This document shows positions 28,146 through 38,732 of a stretch of 64,000 nucleotides of DNA, one piece after another. Origin of the DNA: an uncultured Gammaproteobacteria bacterium (GTDB lineage: Bacteria > Patescibacteriota > Microgenomatia > UBA12405); the NCBI GenBank assembly GCA_964463925.1, contig CAYXDV010000004.1:13080-77079 (forward strand), read 5' to 3'. Positions within the stretch are counted from its first letter, which is position 1. Each line of letters starts with the position of its first letter. The notes under the pieces were generated by a model. It saw nothing but the letters and a program-made list of their open reading frames with translations, was not told where the DNA came from and did no database searches. The position numbers and the translations under genes are program-made.

Positions 28146-29175
28146 TAGTCCCTACCTAGATAGCCTTGGTGGTGGAGAACGCTATATATTAACCATTGCG
28201 GAAATTCTTAGCAAAAAACATGCTGTTAGTTTGCTTTGGGACGGTAACAAAAATATTCTAGTTGAGGCTAAAAGACGTTTTAATCTAAATTTAGAGCAGG
28301 TAACTTTAATTCATAAATCACTGGCAAAAACTAATCTATTCCAAAGATATTTCTTGCTAAAAAACTACGACATTTCAATCGTTCTAACCGATGGAAGCAT
28401 ACCTTTCTTATTTGCTAAAAAAAATTTTCTCCATATTCAAGTACCCTTTAATAAAATTCAACACCACAATTTCTTGGCCAAACTAAAATTCAAATTTATT
28501 GACGGCGTTATTTGTAATTCAAAATTTACAAATACTTGGGTAAAGGAGACTTACCCTGCAAATAATTATTTCATACTATATCCACCAGTAGATACCTTAA
28601 ATATTACTTCAGCTACAAAGGAAAATATTGTATTTTCAGTTGCCAGGTTTGCCAGTCATTTAAACAGCAAACGTCAGGACATATTATTAGAAGCCTTCAA
28701 GAAATTTTATAAAAAAAATCCAGATTATCAGCTGGTTCTCGCTGGCTCGAGTAATCAGGAAAATAGCTATTTGTCACACTTGATAAAAAAGTCTTCTGGC
28801 CTGCCGGTAAAGTTTTTAGTCAATCCATCAAACGAAGAACTACTTTCATATTATAAAAAAGCTAAATATTTTTGGCATGCTGCTGGTTATGGTGTGGATC
28901 AACAGCTGAACCCAGAACAAACGGAACATTTTGGCATAGTTCTAGTTGAGGCTATGGCCGCAAAATGCCTTGTTTGTGCAGTTAATCGAGGTGGCGCAAC
29001 CGAAATAATCCAGTCTGGAAAAAACGGTTTTCTCTGGGAAAAAATTGATGAGCTTGCTAATTGTCAACAATATTTAAAACCAAAAATTATAGCTCAAGCA
29101 AAAGTTGACTCTGCAAAATTTTCAAAACAAAAATTCCAACAGTCGCTATTAAAAATTTTAAATATATCTCAATGA
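28129..29175 (+). CDS. GT4 (glycosyltransferase group 1) enzyme
   Basis: C-terminal EHFGIVLVEAMAAKCLVCAVNRGGATEII (E-x7-E GT4 motif). Confidence 0.8.
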   Translation: MRIIISSPYLDSLGGGERYILTIAEILSKKHAVSLLWDGNKNILVEAKRRFNLNLEQVTLIHKSLAKTNLFQRYFLLKNYDISIVLTDGSIPFLFAKKNFLHIQVPFNKIQHHNFLAKLKFKFIDGVICNSKFTNTWVKETYPANNYFILYPPVDTLNITSATKENIVFSVARFASHLNSKRQDILLEAFKKFYKKNPDYQLVLAGSSNQENSYLSHLIKKSSGLPVKFLVNPSNEELLSYYKKAKYFWHAAGYGVDQQLNPEQTEHFGIVLVEAMAAKCLVCAVNRGGATEIIQSGKNGFLWEKIDELANCQQYLKPKIIAQAKVDSAKFSKQKFQQSLLKILNISQ

Positions 29176-30044
29176 AAATATCAGTAGTTATTACTAATTG
29201 GAACGGACTTAATTTAATTACCAAGAGCCTACCAGAAGTGCTTAAATACAGCCAAGAAGCCTATGAATTTATTTTCGTAGATGATGGGTCTACAGACAAT
29301 AGTCTGTCATTTGTAAACAATCTGGCCAAAAAGAACAAAAAGATAAAAATTATTGCCCAAAAACAAAACAAAGGTTTTATTCATTCTTCAAACGAGGGCG
29401 TTTCTAAATCTTCTGGCGAATTGGTTGTACTGCTAAACAACGATATCTATCCAAAAAGAAATTATATAAAGGAATCGTTGTCTCATTTTCAAGATAAAAC
29501 AGTGTATGGAGTTGGTTTTGCTGAAATTGGTCAGGAAAATTGGCCACGCCTTTTTTGGAGTGAAGGCTATCTCCAATACGAACCTGTTTTTTCAACCAGC
29601 ACCCACATTACCGGTTGGTTATCAGGGGGTAGTAGTATAGTCCGCAAGGAATACTTTCAAAAGTTGAAAGGTTTTGATCCGGTGTATGAGCCATTTTATT
29701 CCGAAGATTTAGATTTAGGATACCGCGCCTGGAAGTCGGGTTATAAGCTTTTGTGGGAACCATTATGTCGTGTTCTACACCAGCATGAATCAACAACGTC
29801 TAAGTTCAACAAACACTTTACTGATTATGTCAAAGAAAGAAACAGACTGCTTGTGGTTTGGCGAAATATAACAGATGTAGACCTGCGAGCAAGCAACACC
29901 AGAGGTATTATTTTTAGGACACTTTTGGGTCCAAACTACATTAAAATCATCCGTTCAGCCAAAAGACAATTGGGTTCCTATCCACCAGCCACAGTCTTTC
30001 CATTACTAACTGATCGTCAAATATTTTCACTTTTTTCAAAGTAA
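29172..30044 (+). CDS. GT2 glycosyltransferase
   Basis: ISVVITNWNGLNLITKSLP...FVDDGSTDNS...LLNNDIYP. Confidence 0.8.
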   Translation: MKISVVITNWNGLNLITKSLPEVLKYSQEAYEFIFVDDGSTDNSLSFVNNLAKKNKKIKIIAQKQNKGFIHSSNEGVSKSSGELVVLLNNDIYPKRNYIKESLSHFQDKTVYGVGFAEIGQENWPRLFWSEGYLQYEPVFSTSTHITGWLSGGSSIVRKEYFQKLKGFDPVYEPFYSEDLDLGYRAWKSGYKLLWEPLCRVLHQHESTTSKFNKHFTDYVKERNRLLVVWRNITDVDLRASNTRGIIFRTLLGPNYIKIIRSAKRQLGSYPPATVFPLLTDRQIFSLFSK

Positions 30045-30838
30045 TGACACCTGAATTTTCAATAATAATTGTTAACTACAACACAAAACAACTATTATTA
30101 AACTGCATCCACAGTTTACAAATAAAACTTAAAAATGGGCCGAAATACGAAATTATTGTTTTAGATAACGCCTCCACCGATGGTTCACCAATTGCCCTTA
30201 AAAAAATAAGCCTAAAAAATTTAAAAGTGATTCAATCGAAAATTAATCTTGGTTTTGCCAAAGGAAACAATATAGCTGCAAAACAAGCCAAGGGAAAGTA
30301 CCTTTTTTTTCTTAATTCCGATACTCTTATAAAAGAGATAAATCTATCCAAAATTGCACAGCTATTCGAGAAAGACCAGCATATTGGACTAATAGCACCT
30401 AAACTACTTAATATAGATAACACAATTCAACCTTCTTGCTATCATAGTCAAAACCTTAAAAATGCCATAAAAGAATACTGGCTTGGTCAGAAAAACGCCT
30501 TTTCCAAATACACTCCTAACAAAAAAACAGCTTCAGAAGTAGATTTGGTAGTTGCTGCTGCAATCTTTCTGCCGACAAAACTCTTTTGGCAAATTGGCGG
30601 TTGGGATGAACGCTATTTTATGTATTTTGAAGATCTAGAATTATGTAAAAAATTAAAAAGTGCCAACAAAAAAATTTTATATGTACCTGATTTGCAGGTT
30701 GTTCATCTACATGGTTCAAGTCCACACTCGCAGAATCCTCCATCAAACACTTTGGTCAAAAGCAGCAAGATTTTTCATGGGCATGTAAAATACTATTTAC
30801 TCTATCTAATCTTATGGACAGGACAAAAAAAATCCTAA
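30044..30838 (+). CDS. GT2 glycosyltransferase
   Basis: FSIIIVNYNTKQLLLNCIHSL...VLDNASTDGS...FLNSDTL. Confidence 0.8.
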   Translation: MTPEFSIIIVNYNTKQLLLNCIHSLQIKLKNGPKYEIIVLDNASTDGSPIALKKISLKNLKVIQSKINLGFAKGNNIAAKQAKGKYLFFLNSDTLIKEINLSKIAQLFEKDQHIGLIAPKLLNIDNTIQPSCYHSQNLKNAIKEYWLGQKNAFSKYTPNKKTASEVDLVVAAAIFLPTKLFWQIGGWDERYFMYFEDLELCKKLKSANKKILYVPDLQVVHLHGSSPHSQNPPSNTLVKSSKIFHGHVKYYLLYLILWTGQKKS

Positions 30839-31995
30839 TTTTTGCCTCACTTTTAAGATTTTTACTTTTACCTTTCTTATACCATCCAGACTTAAAGTCT
30901 CAATATTTCCAAGCACAATTCTTATCCAAAGGATATTTAAATATATACACTTTCCTTTCCCAAAACTCAGCAAATTTACCATACAGAGACACATTTAATT
31001 ACACCCCGCCCATCTATCTGATCCAAGGTGGCTGGTATTATATTGTTTCCCACTTAGCTCCAGGGAATATCTCTCAGTGGATAAATGACTGGAGTCAGAA
31101 TCAATACGGTTACTCGAATCTTCCATGGTTTCTTTTGCTCCTAAAATTACCATATTTTCTAGCTGATATGCTCTTGGGTTATTTTATTCTAAAAAGGTTT
31201 GGCAGAAAAGCAGGTATCTTATGGTTATTTAACCCATTTCCAATTTACGCCATTTATTTTCACTCAAATTTCGATATTCTTCCAGCTGCTTTAGCTTTTA
31301 TTGGACTCACGCTAATTGAAAAGAAAAAAAATCCTATATTTTCTGCTCTTTGTATCTCAACAGCAGTTTCCCTAAAAATTTTTCCTATTTTTATCTTACC
31401 GATTGTCTGGATACAATCTGCAAATGTTCAAAAAAAATTCTATTTTTATACTACGGTTTTTATATTTTTATATTTGATCATATTTCAACTGTATTTCCCG
31501 GGCTGGTGGCAATCACTAAGCTCGTCCGGATTACTTCAAAAAGCATACGAAACAAAGGTATTGGTTTTTCCTATTTTCCCTTTGGTGTATTTATCTTCTT
31601 TATTTTTCTTGCTCTTTAATAAAATAAAACCTTGGTTTTTTATTTTATTATTATCTACTAGTTTTTGGATCTTTGTACCCATGCATGGCCAATGGCTTGT
31701 TTGGTTTTTGCCACTCTTAATTACCCAAGAAGAAATCTACAATTCAAAATTGAACATGGTTGTCATCAGCCTAGTTTTATCCGTGGCGGTTTTTAAAATT
31801 TTTTCTTTAAACGATTTATTTATGACTTTTGGCCATTTTGTGCCAATAAATCAACTTTTTCAATTTCAAACTATTCCGTATGATTATCTTTCTAACCACT
31901 TGCCATTAAAAATGGTGAATGGTTTTTCATCACTAATCCAAGCTTTTTCTTTTATTCTACTTATTGGTAAATATGTTCACAAAAATATTACTTAG
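30814..31995 (+). CDS. Polytopic membrane protein, putative GT-C (DUF2029/GT87-like) mannosyltransferase-type enzyme
   Basis: 393 aa, about 10 TM helices; N-terminal loop motif YRDTFNYTPP; family uncertain. Confidence 0.4.
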   Translation: MDRTKKILIFASLLRFLLLPFLYHPDLKSQYFQAQFLSKGYLNIYTFLSQNSANLPYRDTFNYTPPIYLIQGGWYYIVSHLAPGNISQWINDWSQNQYGYSNLPWFLLLLKLPYFLADMLLGYFILKRFGRKAGILWLFNPFPIYAIYFHSNFDILPAALAFIGLTLIEKKKNPIFSALCISTAVSLKIFPIFILPIVWIQSANVQKKFYFYTTVFIFLYLIIFQLYFPGWWQSLSSSGLLQKAYETKVLVFPIFPLVYLSSLFFLLFNKIKPWFFILLLSTSFWIFVPMHGQWLVWFLPLLITQEEIYNSKLNMVVISLVLSVAVFKIFSLNDLFMTFGHFVPINQLFQFQTIPYDYLSNHLPLKMVNGFSSLIQAFSFILLIGKYVHKNIT

Positions 31996-32533
31996 CTTAA
32001 CTACTTTACTGTGTCTTTGGGTCATTACACCCACATTGTTTTTAAGAAAAATTCCAGTATTAATCCAAGAAGGAACTGGTTATACACAAGAAATAGGTCC
32101 CGGAAAGAGTAAAGATATTGATTTATTTGTTAAAGCAGAAAGTTTGAGTCAATTACAACTTTTGCTAAAAAACAAAGGACTTCAAAACAACGACCAATTT
32201 ATTGTTACCATATCTAGTGGTAAAAATGCCAAGGCTTTTCTATTAAATGGTTCTAATGTTGGCGATCCTTCGTGGTTAAAGATTAAGCTAAGTAATTTTG
32301 CAGTTACAGACAATCTAATTAATATTAAATTGTCTGTGGCCAGTACTAGCAAATACTCACTTTTTTGGCATGGACAAGCAGAGAAACATTTAAGCCTTCA
32401 ACTATATACAACGCCAGATTATAAACAAAGATTTATCTCCTCTTTAAGAAATCTGGCAGCTTGGCTACAAACGACAGATAAAAGTTATCTAATACTATAT
32501 ATATCCGTTTTACTGTTTTTATGTATAATTTAA
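31964..32533 (+). CDS. Hypothetical protein with TM helices at both termini
   Basis: ORF only; N-terminal TM, about 130-aa soluble domain, C-terminal TM. Confidence 0.35.
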   Translation: MVNMFTKILLSLTTLLCLWVITPTLFLRKIPVLIQEGTGYTQEIGPGKSKDIDLFVKAESLSQLQLLLKNKGLQNNDQFIVTISSGKNAKAFLLNGSNVGDPSWLKIKLSNFAVTDNLINIKLSVASTSKYSLFWHGQAEKHLSLQLYTTPDYKQRFISSLRNLAAWLQTTDKSYLILYISVLLFLCII

Positions 32534-32543
32534 GGCTATAATT

Positions 32544-34193
32544 TTGGTTATGTACAGATTTTTTCCAATATTTTTGTTTTTTTTGCTTTTATCATGTCTT
32601 GCGGGAAGCCAATTTTTCAGGGCTGGTTTTTTTGACACTCAGGATAACATGCATCCCCTGCGACTATTGCAGTATGAAGAATGTCAAAAGGACGGTCAGT
32701 TCCCTTGTCGTTATGTCCAGCAATTAGGATTGAACTGTGGATATCCTTTGTTTAATTTTTATCCGCCAGCAAGTTATGAATTTGCCCTAGGGATAAAAAC
32801 ACTTTTTTTAGGACACATAGGTTATCTCTCAACTATCAAAGCATATTATTTCCTTACGATCTTATTAGGGTCCGCTGGAATGTTTTTTCTATCAAAGTAT
32901 TTATCAAAGAACCAGTACACCGCACTCTTGGCTACTACCTTATATACTTTGGCTCCTTACAGATCAGTTAATATTTATGTTCGAGGTGCTTTTGCAGAAC
33001 ATTTTTTACTTAGCATAGTTCCCTGGTTAGTATTTTTCTTACTCTCCTGGTTAAAAAGTTTTATTCGCCGCCTGCTTTATATTTTAATTTTATGCTTATC
33101 AATCCTTTCTCACAGTCTATTTCCTATTCTTTTTGGACCAATTTTTATTACCATCCTAATTCATAAACTAATTGCTGACAAACAAAGCTGGTCAACAAAA
33201 GGAAAATTATTGCTAGATAGTTTTTTCAGTCTTTTACTATCCTCCTTTTTCTTACTACCAGCGCTATTAGAAAGAAAAAATACAACCAATTATTTGATGT
33301 CTACTGGATACTTTAACTTCATAAACCATTTTGTAACTTTTAAACAACTTTTTTTAAATACCTTTTGGGGTTATGGTCCCTCAACCTGGGGAAACCTAGA
33401 CGGAATGTCTTTTCAGATTGGCCCCATCCATCTATTGGCGATCTTATTTTGTCTTATTAGTTTTTTTATAAACAAATCAGTTAAGAAAAATTCACTCTTT
33501 GCAATCACGGGACTTTCTTTTTTTATTTTTTTAACCCACAATCGTTCAACATTTTTGTGGCAAATTGTGCCTTTTATTTCGTATGTTCAGTTTCCCTGGC
33601 GTTTTCTGGGTCCAATAATCTTTACAGTTGCAATCCTAGTTTCAATTAACATAAAGGATAAGCATGTTATTTTTTTTCTAATTCTATCTTGTGTAATATT
33701 TTATTCTAAACTCTTTTATTCAAATAACTGGAATCTATTCGAAACTGACCAGCTCAAGTTTTCTGGCAGCTATCTTTATGACCAGCAAGCAGCAGGATTG
33801 GGGGATTATTGGCCATCATATGGTAAAACCATGCCAAACGAAGCTTGCCAGAACATGCCAACTTTTACATCAGGAAAAGGCAACATTGAATTTTTTTCCA
33901 AAAAAACAAACCGTGTATCTGGAAAAGTTCTTTCCAATGGAAATTCAACTATCACCCTACCTCTAGTTTTCTTTCCAGGTTGGCAAATATCCCAAAATGG
34001 ATCAATTTTTACCAGTCCTAATTATGAACCAAAATACGGATTAATATCACTAAATTTACAACCAGGAGAGAATAACTTCACACTTACTTATGTTGGTACC
34101 AATGTTCAGCAGTTATCAAATCTCCTATCTCTTATCAGCCTCGGTTTAATGCTTTATTATTTGATAATCAGTCATGACCCAAAAAATAACTAA
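32544..34193 (+). CDS. Large polytopic membrane protein, putative GT-C/YfhO-like glycosyltransferase; paralog of 20804-22477
   Basis: 549 aa; conserved ...DNMHPLRLL...DGQFPCRYV...CGYPLFNFYPP block shared with 20804-22477. Confidence 0.5.
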   Translation: MVMYRFFPIFLFFLLLSCLAGSQFFRAGFFDTQDNMHPLRLLQYEECQKDGQFPCRYVQQLGLNCGYPLFNFYPPASYEFALGIKTLFLGHIGYLSTIKAYYFLTILLGSAGMFFLSKYLSKNQYTALLATTLYTLAPYRSVNIYVRGAFAEHFLLSIVPWLVFFLLSWLKSFIRRLLYILILCLSILSHSLFPILFGPIFITILIHKLIADKQSWSTKGKLLLDSFFSLLLSSFFLLPALLERKNTTNYLMSTGYFNFINHFVTFKQLFLNTFWGYGPSTWGNLDGMSFQIGPIHLLAILFCLISFFINKSVKKNSLFAITGLSFFIFLTHNRSTFLWQIVPFISYVQFPWRFLGPIIFTVAILVSINIKDKHVIFFLILSCVIFYSKLFYSNNWNLFETDQLKFSGSYLYDQQAAGLGDYWPSYGKTMPNEACQNMPTFTSGKGNIEFFSKKTNRVSGKVLSNGNSTITLPLVFFPGWQISQNGSIFTSPNYEPKYGLISLNLQPGENNFTLTYVGTNVQQLSNLLSLISLGLMLYYLIISHDPKNN

Positions 34194-35748
34194 ACTTCTA
34201 ATATTACTTCTAGTAGTCACACGAATTCTATTTCTAAACAGCTTTCCAATTTCTCTAAATTGGGATGAAGTTAGTCATGGTTATAATGCCTACAGCATTT
34301 TGCACACATCTTATGATCAGTGGGGCAAGAAACTGCCAATGTTCAATTTTCGTGCTTATGGTGATTACCCAACCACTTTAAACATGTACGCCTCCATTCC
34401 TTTTATTTCGATATTTGGACTAAATTCCTTTTCAATACGAATATTTTCAGCAATTATGGGAATTTTAATTGTTCTTTCAGTTTACAAACTATCTGACTTT
34501 CTCAAACTAAGACACAGAAATCTATTCTTCCTAATTTTGTTATTTTCCAACACACTCTTTTTTACCAGTCGTGGTGTTTTTCAGTCAACAGTTGCCTCGG
34601 GTCTTTATTTCCTGGGACTTTATCTGATTTTGTCAAAAAGTAAATATAATTGGTTTGGACTTTTAAGTCTAACATTTAGCCAATATGCTTATCACAATGC
34701 TCGTATTGTTACACCATTTGTTCTGATCTTCTTGTTTATTAAAGGAAAAGAGTATATTCAAAAAATTCCAATATTTGTAATCTTAATTTCCATAATTTTC
34801 AGTATCTTTTCCATAAACAATTTACTAACAAATAAAGATGCATCTGCTCGTAACAAATGGGTTTCAATTGTCGGCATTGAGGCAACAAATCAAATAATTG
34901 TTAATCGTCAGAATTTTTCAGGACCTCCGCAGCTGAATCGAATCCTAAACAACAAGCTGACATATGCAGTAAAAGCAATTTCGAAAAATTACCTATGGTA
35001 CATATCTCCGTATCCTTTATTCTTTCAAGGAACGGGGAACTATCAGTTTAATTTGCCGCACCTTGGACTTTGGCCAACCGTGGCTTTACCATTTTTCTAT
35101 TTTGGACTCTTTTTTGTTCTCAAAAATAGGAAAAAGTACCAATTCTTTCTATTTTTTATAATTATAGGGTTTTTACCGGCAGCCATTACCCAAGGTGATT
35201 TTCCTGTTCTCAGATTAAGTTTAGTCTTACCACTATATGCTGTCTTGATTTCAATGGGAGTCGAACAGGTTTCTAGGCGCATCTTTTGGATCGTTCCAAT
35301 ATTTGTTTTTGTATATTCAATACAATTTTTGCAGTTTGCAAGAGATTATTTCACAAATTACCCCTTTGCCTATGCCGATACTTGGCAATACGGCTACAAA
35401 CAAATCGTCGATATTTCTAAGGAAAATTATAGCCGATATTCAAATATCGTAGTTACAAAAAAATACGGTGAACCCCATGAGTTCTTTTTATTCTATTGGC
35501 CATGGAATCCAATACAATATCTGCTAGATCCTAAGAAAAAAACTGATATGCATTCAGATTGGTATTGGGTTGATTCTTTTGACAAATTTCACTTTGTAAA
35601 TGATTGGGATTTGCAAAAATACGTCCAAAATACACCAGGTAAAAAATTAGTTTTTTCCAGTCAAAACAATCTCTCTGGATCACTAATGGGTATAATAAGA
35701 TATCCAAACCAAGATCCAGTGTTCTATGTATACAACTATGAAAATTAA
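34174..35748 (+). CDS. PMT_2/ArnT-like GT-C glycosyltransferase, tandem paralog 1 of 3
   Basis: WDEVSHGYNAYSIL...FRAYGDYP...GLNSFSIRIFSAI; more than 10 TM helices. Confidence 0.65.
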   Translation: MTQKITKLLILLLVVTRILFLNSFPISLNWDEVSHGYNAYSILHTSYDQWGKKLPMFNFRAYGDYPTTLNMYASIPFISIFGLNSFSIRIFSAIMGILIVLSVYKLSDFLKLRHRNLFFLILLFSNTLFFTSRGVFQSTVASGLYFLGLYLILSKSKYNWFGLLSLTFSQYAYHNARIVTPFVLIFLFIKGKEYIQKIPIFVILISIIFSIFSINNLLTNKDASARNKWVSIVGIEATNQIIVNRQNFSGPPQLNRILNNKLTYAVKAISKNYLWYISPYPLFFQGTGNYQFNLPHLGLWPTVALPFFYFGLFFVLKNRKKYQFFLFFIIIGFLPAAITQGDFPVLRLSLVLPLYAVLISMGVEQVSRRIFWIVPIFVFVYSIQFLQFARDYFTNYPFAYADTWQYGYKQIVDISKENYSRYSNIVVTKKYGEPHEFFLFYWPWNPIQYLLDPKKKTDMHSDWYWVDSFDKFHFVNDWDLQKYVQNTPGKKLVFSSQNNLSGSLMGIIRYPNQDPVFYVYNYEN

Positions 35749-37297
35749 ATTGCTCCTTGTGCTTCTTTTTATCCTAGGAACTTTTTTTCGCCTTTACAGA
35801 TTGAGTTCATATCCACCACTACTATGGGATGAGGCAGCTCTTGGCTACAACAGCTATTCAATTCTAAAAACTGGGCGTGATGAATTTGGTCAAGTTTTAC
35901 CTCTAATTTTTAAATCATTTGGCGACTATAAGCCTGGCTTGTATATCTACCTGACCCTTCCTTTTGTAAAGCTTTTAGGACTCTCTGTTTTATCAGTCCG
36001 TCTACCTGGCGTGATCTTTGGGCTAATATCTTGCTATCTTTTATATCTAATATTAAGAAACTTTGGGAAAAATCTGGCTATCACCACCACAGCTATAGCT
36101 CTATTTTTCCCATGGAGTATTCATTTTAGTCGCGGTGCCTGGGAAAGCAATCTTGCCACTATGCTCTTATTGCTGTCCTTTTATCTCTATTCCCAAAACA
36201 AATATGTTCTTTCTAGTTTGATCCTTGGTCTTAATCTTTACGCATATCAATCATCAAAATTTTTTTGTCTTGTATTTTTATTATTTTTTATAATTTCAAA
36301 CTTTAAATCTAAAAATACTCTTGTAAAGTTAATCATTCCTGTTTTCCTATTATCTTTGCCATTATTGTTTGGTGTATTTTCAGGAAATGATGCCAATAGG
36401 TTAAAAATATTAAGTATTCTTAGCTACCCACAAACCAGCACAGAAATAGCCAAAGTTCAGAATCTAACTAGCCCTTTCTTGCAAAAAGTTTTTTTTAATA
36501 ATCATTTTTATTTTTTGCGAGAAATATCTAGACGTTATTTAAATAACTTCTCACCACAGTTTCTTTTTTGGCAAGGTGATTGGCAAAACCCAAGACATTC
36601 AGCCCCATATACAGGGCTTCTTTTGTGGCCACTAATTTGGCTATTGCCATTAGGGCTTCTAAAAGCATTGACGTGGCCAAGACGAAAAATAAGCCTATTT
36701 TTTCTACTCTGGCTTCTAACTGCTCCGCTGCCTGCAGCACTAACACGTGATGAGATACAGGCAAACAGAACATTGGGCTTGTTCTTACCCATAAGCTACT
36801 TCTCAGCAATGGGCTACATAAATTTAAAAAATAATTTCTACAAATACTCTACGATCCTTATTTTTCTTTTTAGTCTTGGATATTATCTCGATTTGTATCA
36901 CATACACATGGTACAGAAGTCTCCAGACCAATGGCTATCAGGATACCAAACGGCAGTAGATCTTGCTCAAAACCATAATTACAATCAGATCTATTTTACT
37001 GATTTCTATGGTCAACCATACATCTACTTTTTATTCTTTAGTCAATACAATCCGCTAATCTATCAGCAGAAAAACCATTTCACAGATAATAAAGCAGGGG
37101 ATGTAGGCTCAGTATCTACTTTAGATAATATTTCATTTGGCTCATTTAATTTTAACAATTTAAAGAGCAAACCAAACTCATTGATTGTTCTCTCAAGAGA
37201 CGAACTGTTAAGACAGGGACTCAATTTTAACCAATTCAAAGCCATAGCTCCAGAAAACGGAGTATCTAATTTCTATGCATATTCTACGCAGCCATAA
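35726..37297 (+). CDS. PMT_2/ArnT-like GT-C glycosyltransferase, tandem paralog 2 of 3
   Basis: WDEAALGYNSYSILKTGRDEFG...FKSFGDYKPG...GLSVLSVRLP. Confidence 0.65.
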   Translation: MYTTMKIKLLLVLLFILGTFFRLYRLSSYPPLLWDEAALGYNSYSILKTGRDEFGQVLPLIFKSFGDYKPGLYIYLTLPFVKLLGLSVLSVRLPGVIFGLISCYLLYLILRNFGKNLAITTTAIALFFPWSIHFSRGAWESNLATMLLLLSFYLYSQNKYVLSSLILGLNLYAYQSSKFFCLVFLLFFIISNFKSKNTLVKLIIPVFLLSLPLLFGVFSGNDANRLKILSILSYPQTSTEIAKVQNLTSPFLQKVFFNNHFYFLREISRRYLNNFSPQFLFWQGDWQNPRHSAPYTGLLLWPLIWLLPLGLLKALTWPRRKISLFFLLWLLTAPLPAALTRDEIQANRTLGLFLPISYFSAMGYINLKNNFYKYSTILIFLFSLGYYLDLYHIHMVQKSPDQWLSGYQTAVDLAQNHNYNQIYFTDFYGQPYIYFLFFSQYNPLIYQQKNHFTDNKAGDVGSVSTLDNISFGSFNFNNLKSKPNSLIVLSRDELLRQGLNFNQFKAIAPENGVSNFYAYSTQP

Positions 37298-38732
37298 ATT
37301 ATTATTTTTAATCTGTTTATTTGGCTTATTTCTCAGATCTTATCATCTCGATTCTTATCCTAGTTTAAATCCCGACGAAGCATCCCTGGGATACAATGCC
37401 TATTCGTTAATAAAAACAGGTAAAGATGAACATGGAACATCATGGCCTATTCATTTCAAATCATTTGGTGATTACAAGCCCGGTGGCTATGTTTATGTTC
37501 TATTACCCTTTATTAAATTTTTTGGACTCAATACTCTGTCAGTTAGATTGCCAAATCTTATAGCTTCGGTTTTGATTCTAGCCTTAGCTTACAAAATAGT
37601 TAACTTTCTATCAAAAAACACCTCTTTGTCGTTACTTACAACTTTTTTCTTATCTATATCTCCTTGGGCTATTCATTTTAGTCGTGGTGCTTGGGAAAGT
37701 AATTTTGCCTTTTTCTTAATTTTGGCAGCAACTTATTGTTTCCTTAAAAATCATTTAATTTTTTCAGCCCTCTTCTTCTCGGCTAGTCTTTACACCTATC
37801 ATTCTGCACGATTGTTTGTGCCACTCTTAATAATATTTCTAATAACCTCAAATATTGTAAATAGAAAAAAATTTGTGTCTAAGAAACATATAATTTTTTT
37901 ACTATCTATGGCTTTCTTTTCTCTACCGGTAGTTTTCTCCTTCCTAAACACAGGGGGCACATCTCGATTTGCGGGAGTGGGATTAGGAGCTGATCAAGGG
38001 CCTATATGGCGCGCAAATGAACTTATAAATGATCATCATACAACAAAACTAGCAGTTAGACTTTTGCACAACAAGCGAGTTTTATATTTACTCTCCTGGG
38101 CAGAAAAATACACCAGCCATTTCAATCTAAATTTTCTCTTCTTGAATGGCGATCAGGTACCTCGATCCAAAGTTCCAAATATGGGAGAGTCATATCTTAT
38201 TTTTTTACCTTTTTTTCTTTTTGGACTTCTTTCTTTGCTTAATAAAGAAACCCCACCCAAATTTAGAAATCTACTCATTTTTTGGTTGCTTGCGTCTCCG
38301 CTTGCTTCGTCGCTCACTTATCAGGCTCCATCAAGTTTGCGCTCTTTACCTGAGGTTTTTGCAGTTGAAGCCATCAGTGCTTTTGGGTTGTATCATTTTA
38401 TATATCATATAAAACAAAAAGCAAAACTATTATTATCTACATCCATAGTTTTTTGTTTACTGATTGTCTATTCAGTCGGATTTTATCTTGTAAATTACTA
38501 TCTACTTTATACATCAGAATATCCACAAGCTTGGCCATGGGGAGCAAAAGAAGCAATTGCCAAAAAAGATTATGATCAAATAAATGCGGACCAACCCTAT
38601 ATTATGTATTTGTTTTATACCGCTTACGATCCCCAAAAACTGCAAAAGCAGATTCAGCTCACTCCACCGGATCAATACGGTTTTTCAACCGTTAATAAAA
38701 TTGATAACATTACTTTTAGTAGTAAAAAATGA
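37275..38732 (+). CDS. PMT_2/ArnT-like GT-C glycosyltransferase, tandem paralog 3 of 3
   Basis: PDEASLGYNAYSLIKTGKDEHG...FKSFGDYKPG...GLNTLSVRLP. Confidence 0.65.
   Translation: MHILRSHKLLFLICLFGLFLRSYHLDSYPSLNPDEASLGYNAYSLIKTGKDEHGTSWPIHFKSFGDYKPGGYVYVLLPFIKFFGLNTLSVRLPNLIASVLILALAYKIVNFLSKNTSLSLLTTFFLSISPWAIHFSRGAWESNFAFFLILAATYCFLKNHLIFSALFFSASLYTYHSARLFVPLLIIFLITSNIVNRKKFVSKKHIIFLLSMAFFSLPVVFSFLNTGGTSRFAGVGLGADQGPIWRANELINDHHTTKLAVRLLHNKRVLYLLSWAEKYTSHFNLNFLFLNGDQVPRSKVPNMGESYLIFLPFFLFGLLSLLNKETPPKFRNLLIFWLLASPLASSLTYQAPSSLRSLPEVFAVEAISAFGLYHFIYHIKQKAKLLLSTSIVFCLLIVYSVGFYLVNYYLLYTSEYPQAWPWGAKEAIAKKDYDQINADQPYIMYLFYTAYDPQKLQKQIQLTPPDQYGFSTVNKIDNITFSSKK

Noticed and set aside
38146-38412. 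88-aa alternative-frame ORF inside the PMT_2-like gene 37275-38732
   Set aside because: It is an in-gene alternative frame, and the sense frame carries conserved family motifs.
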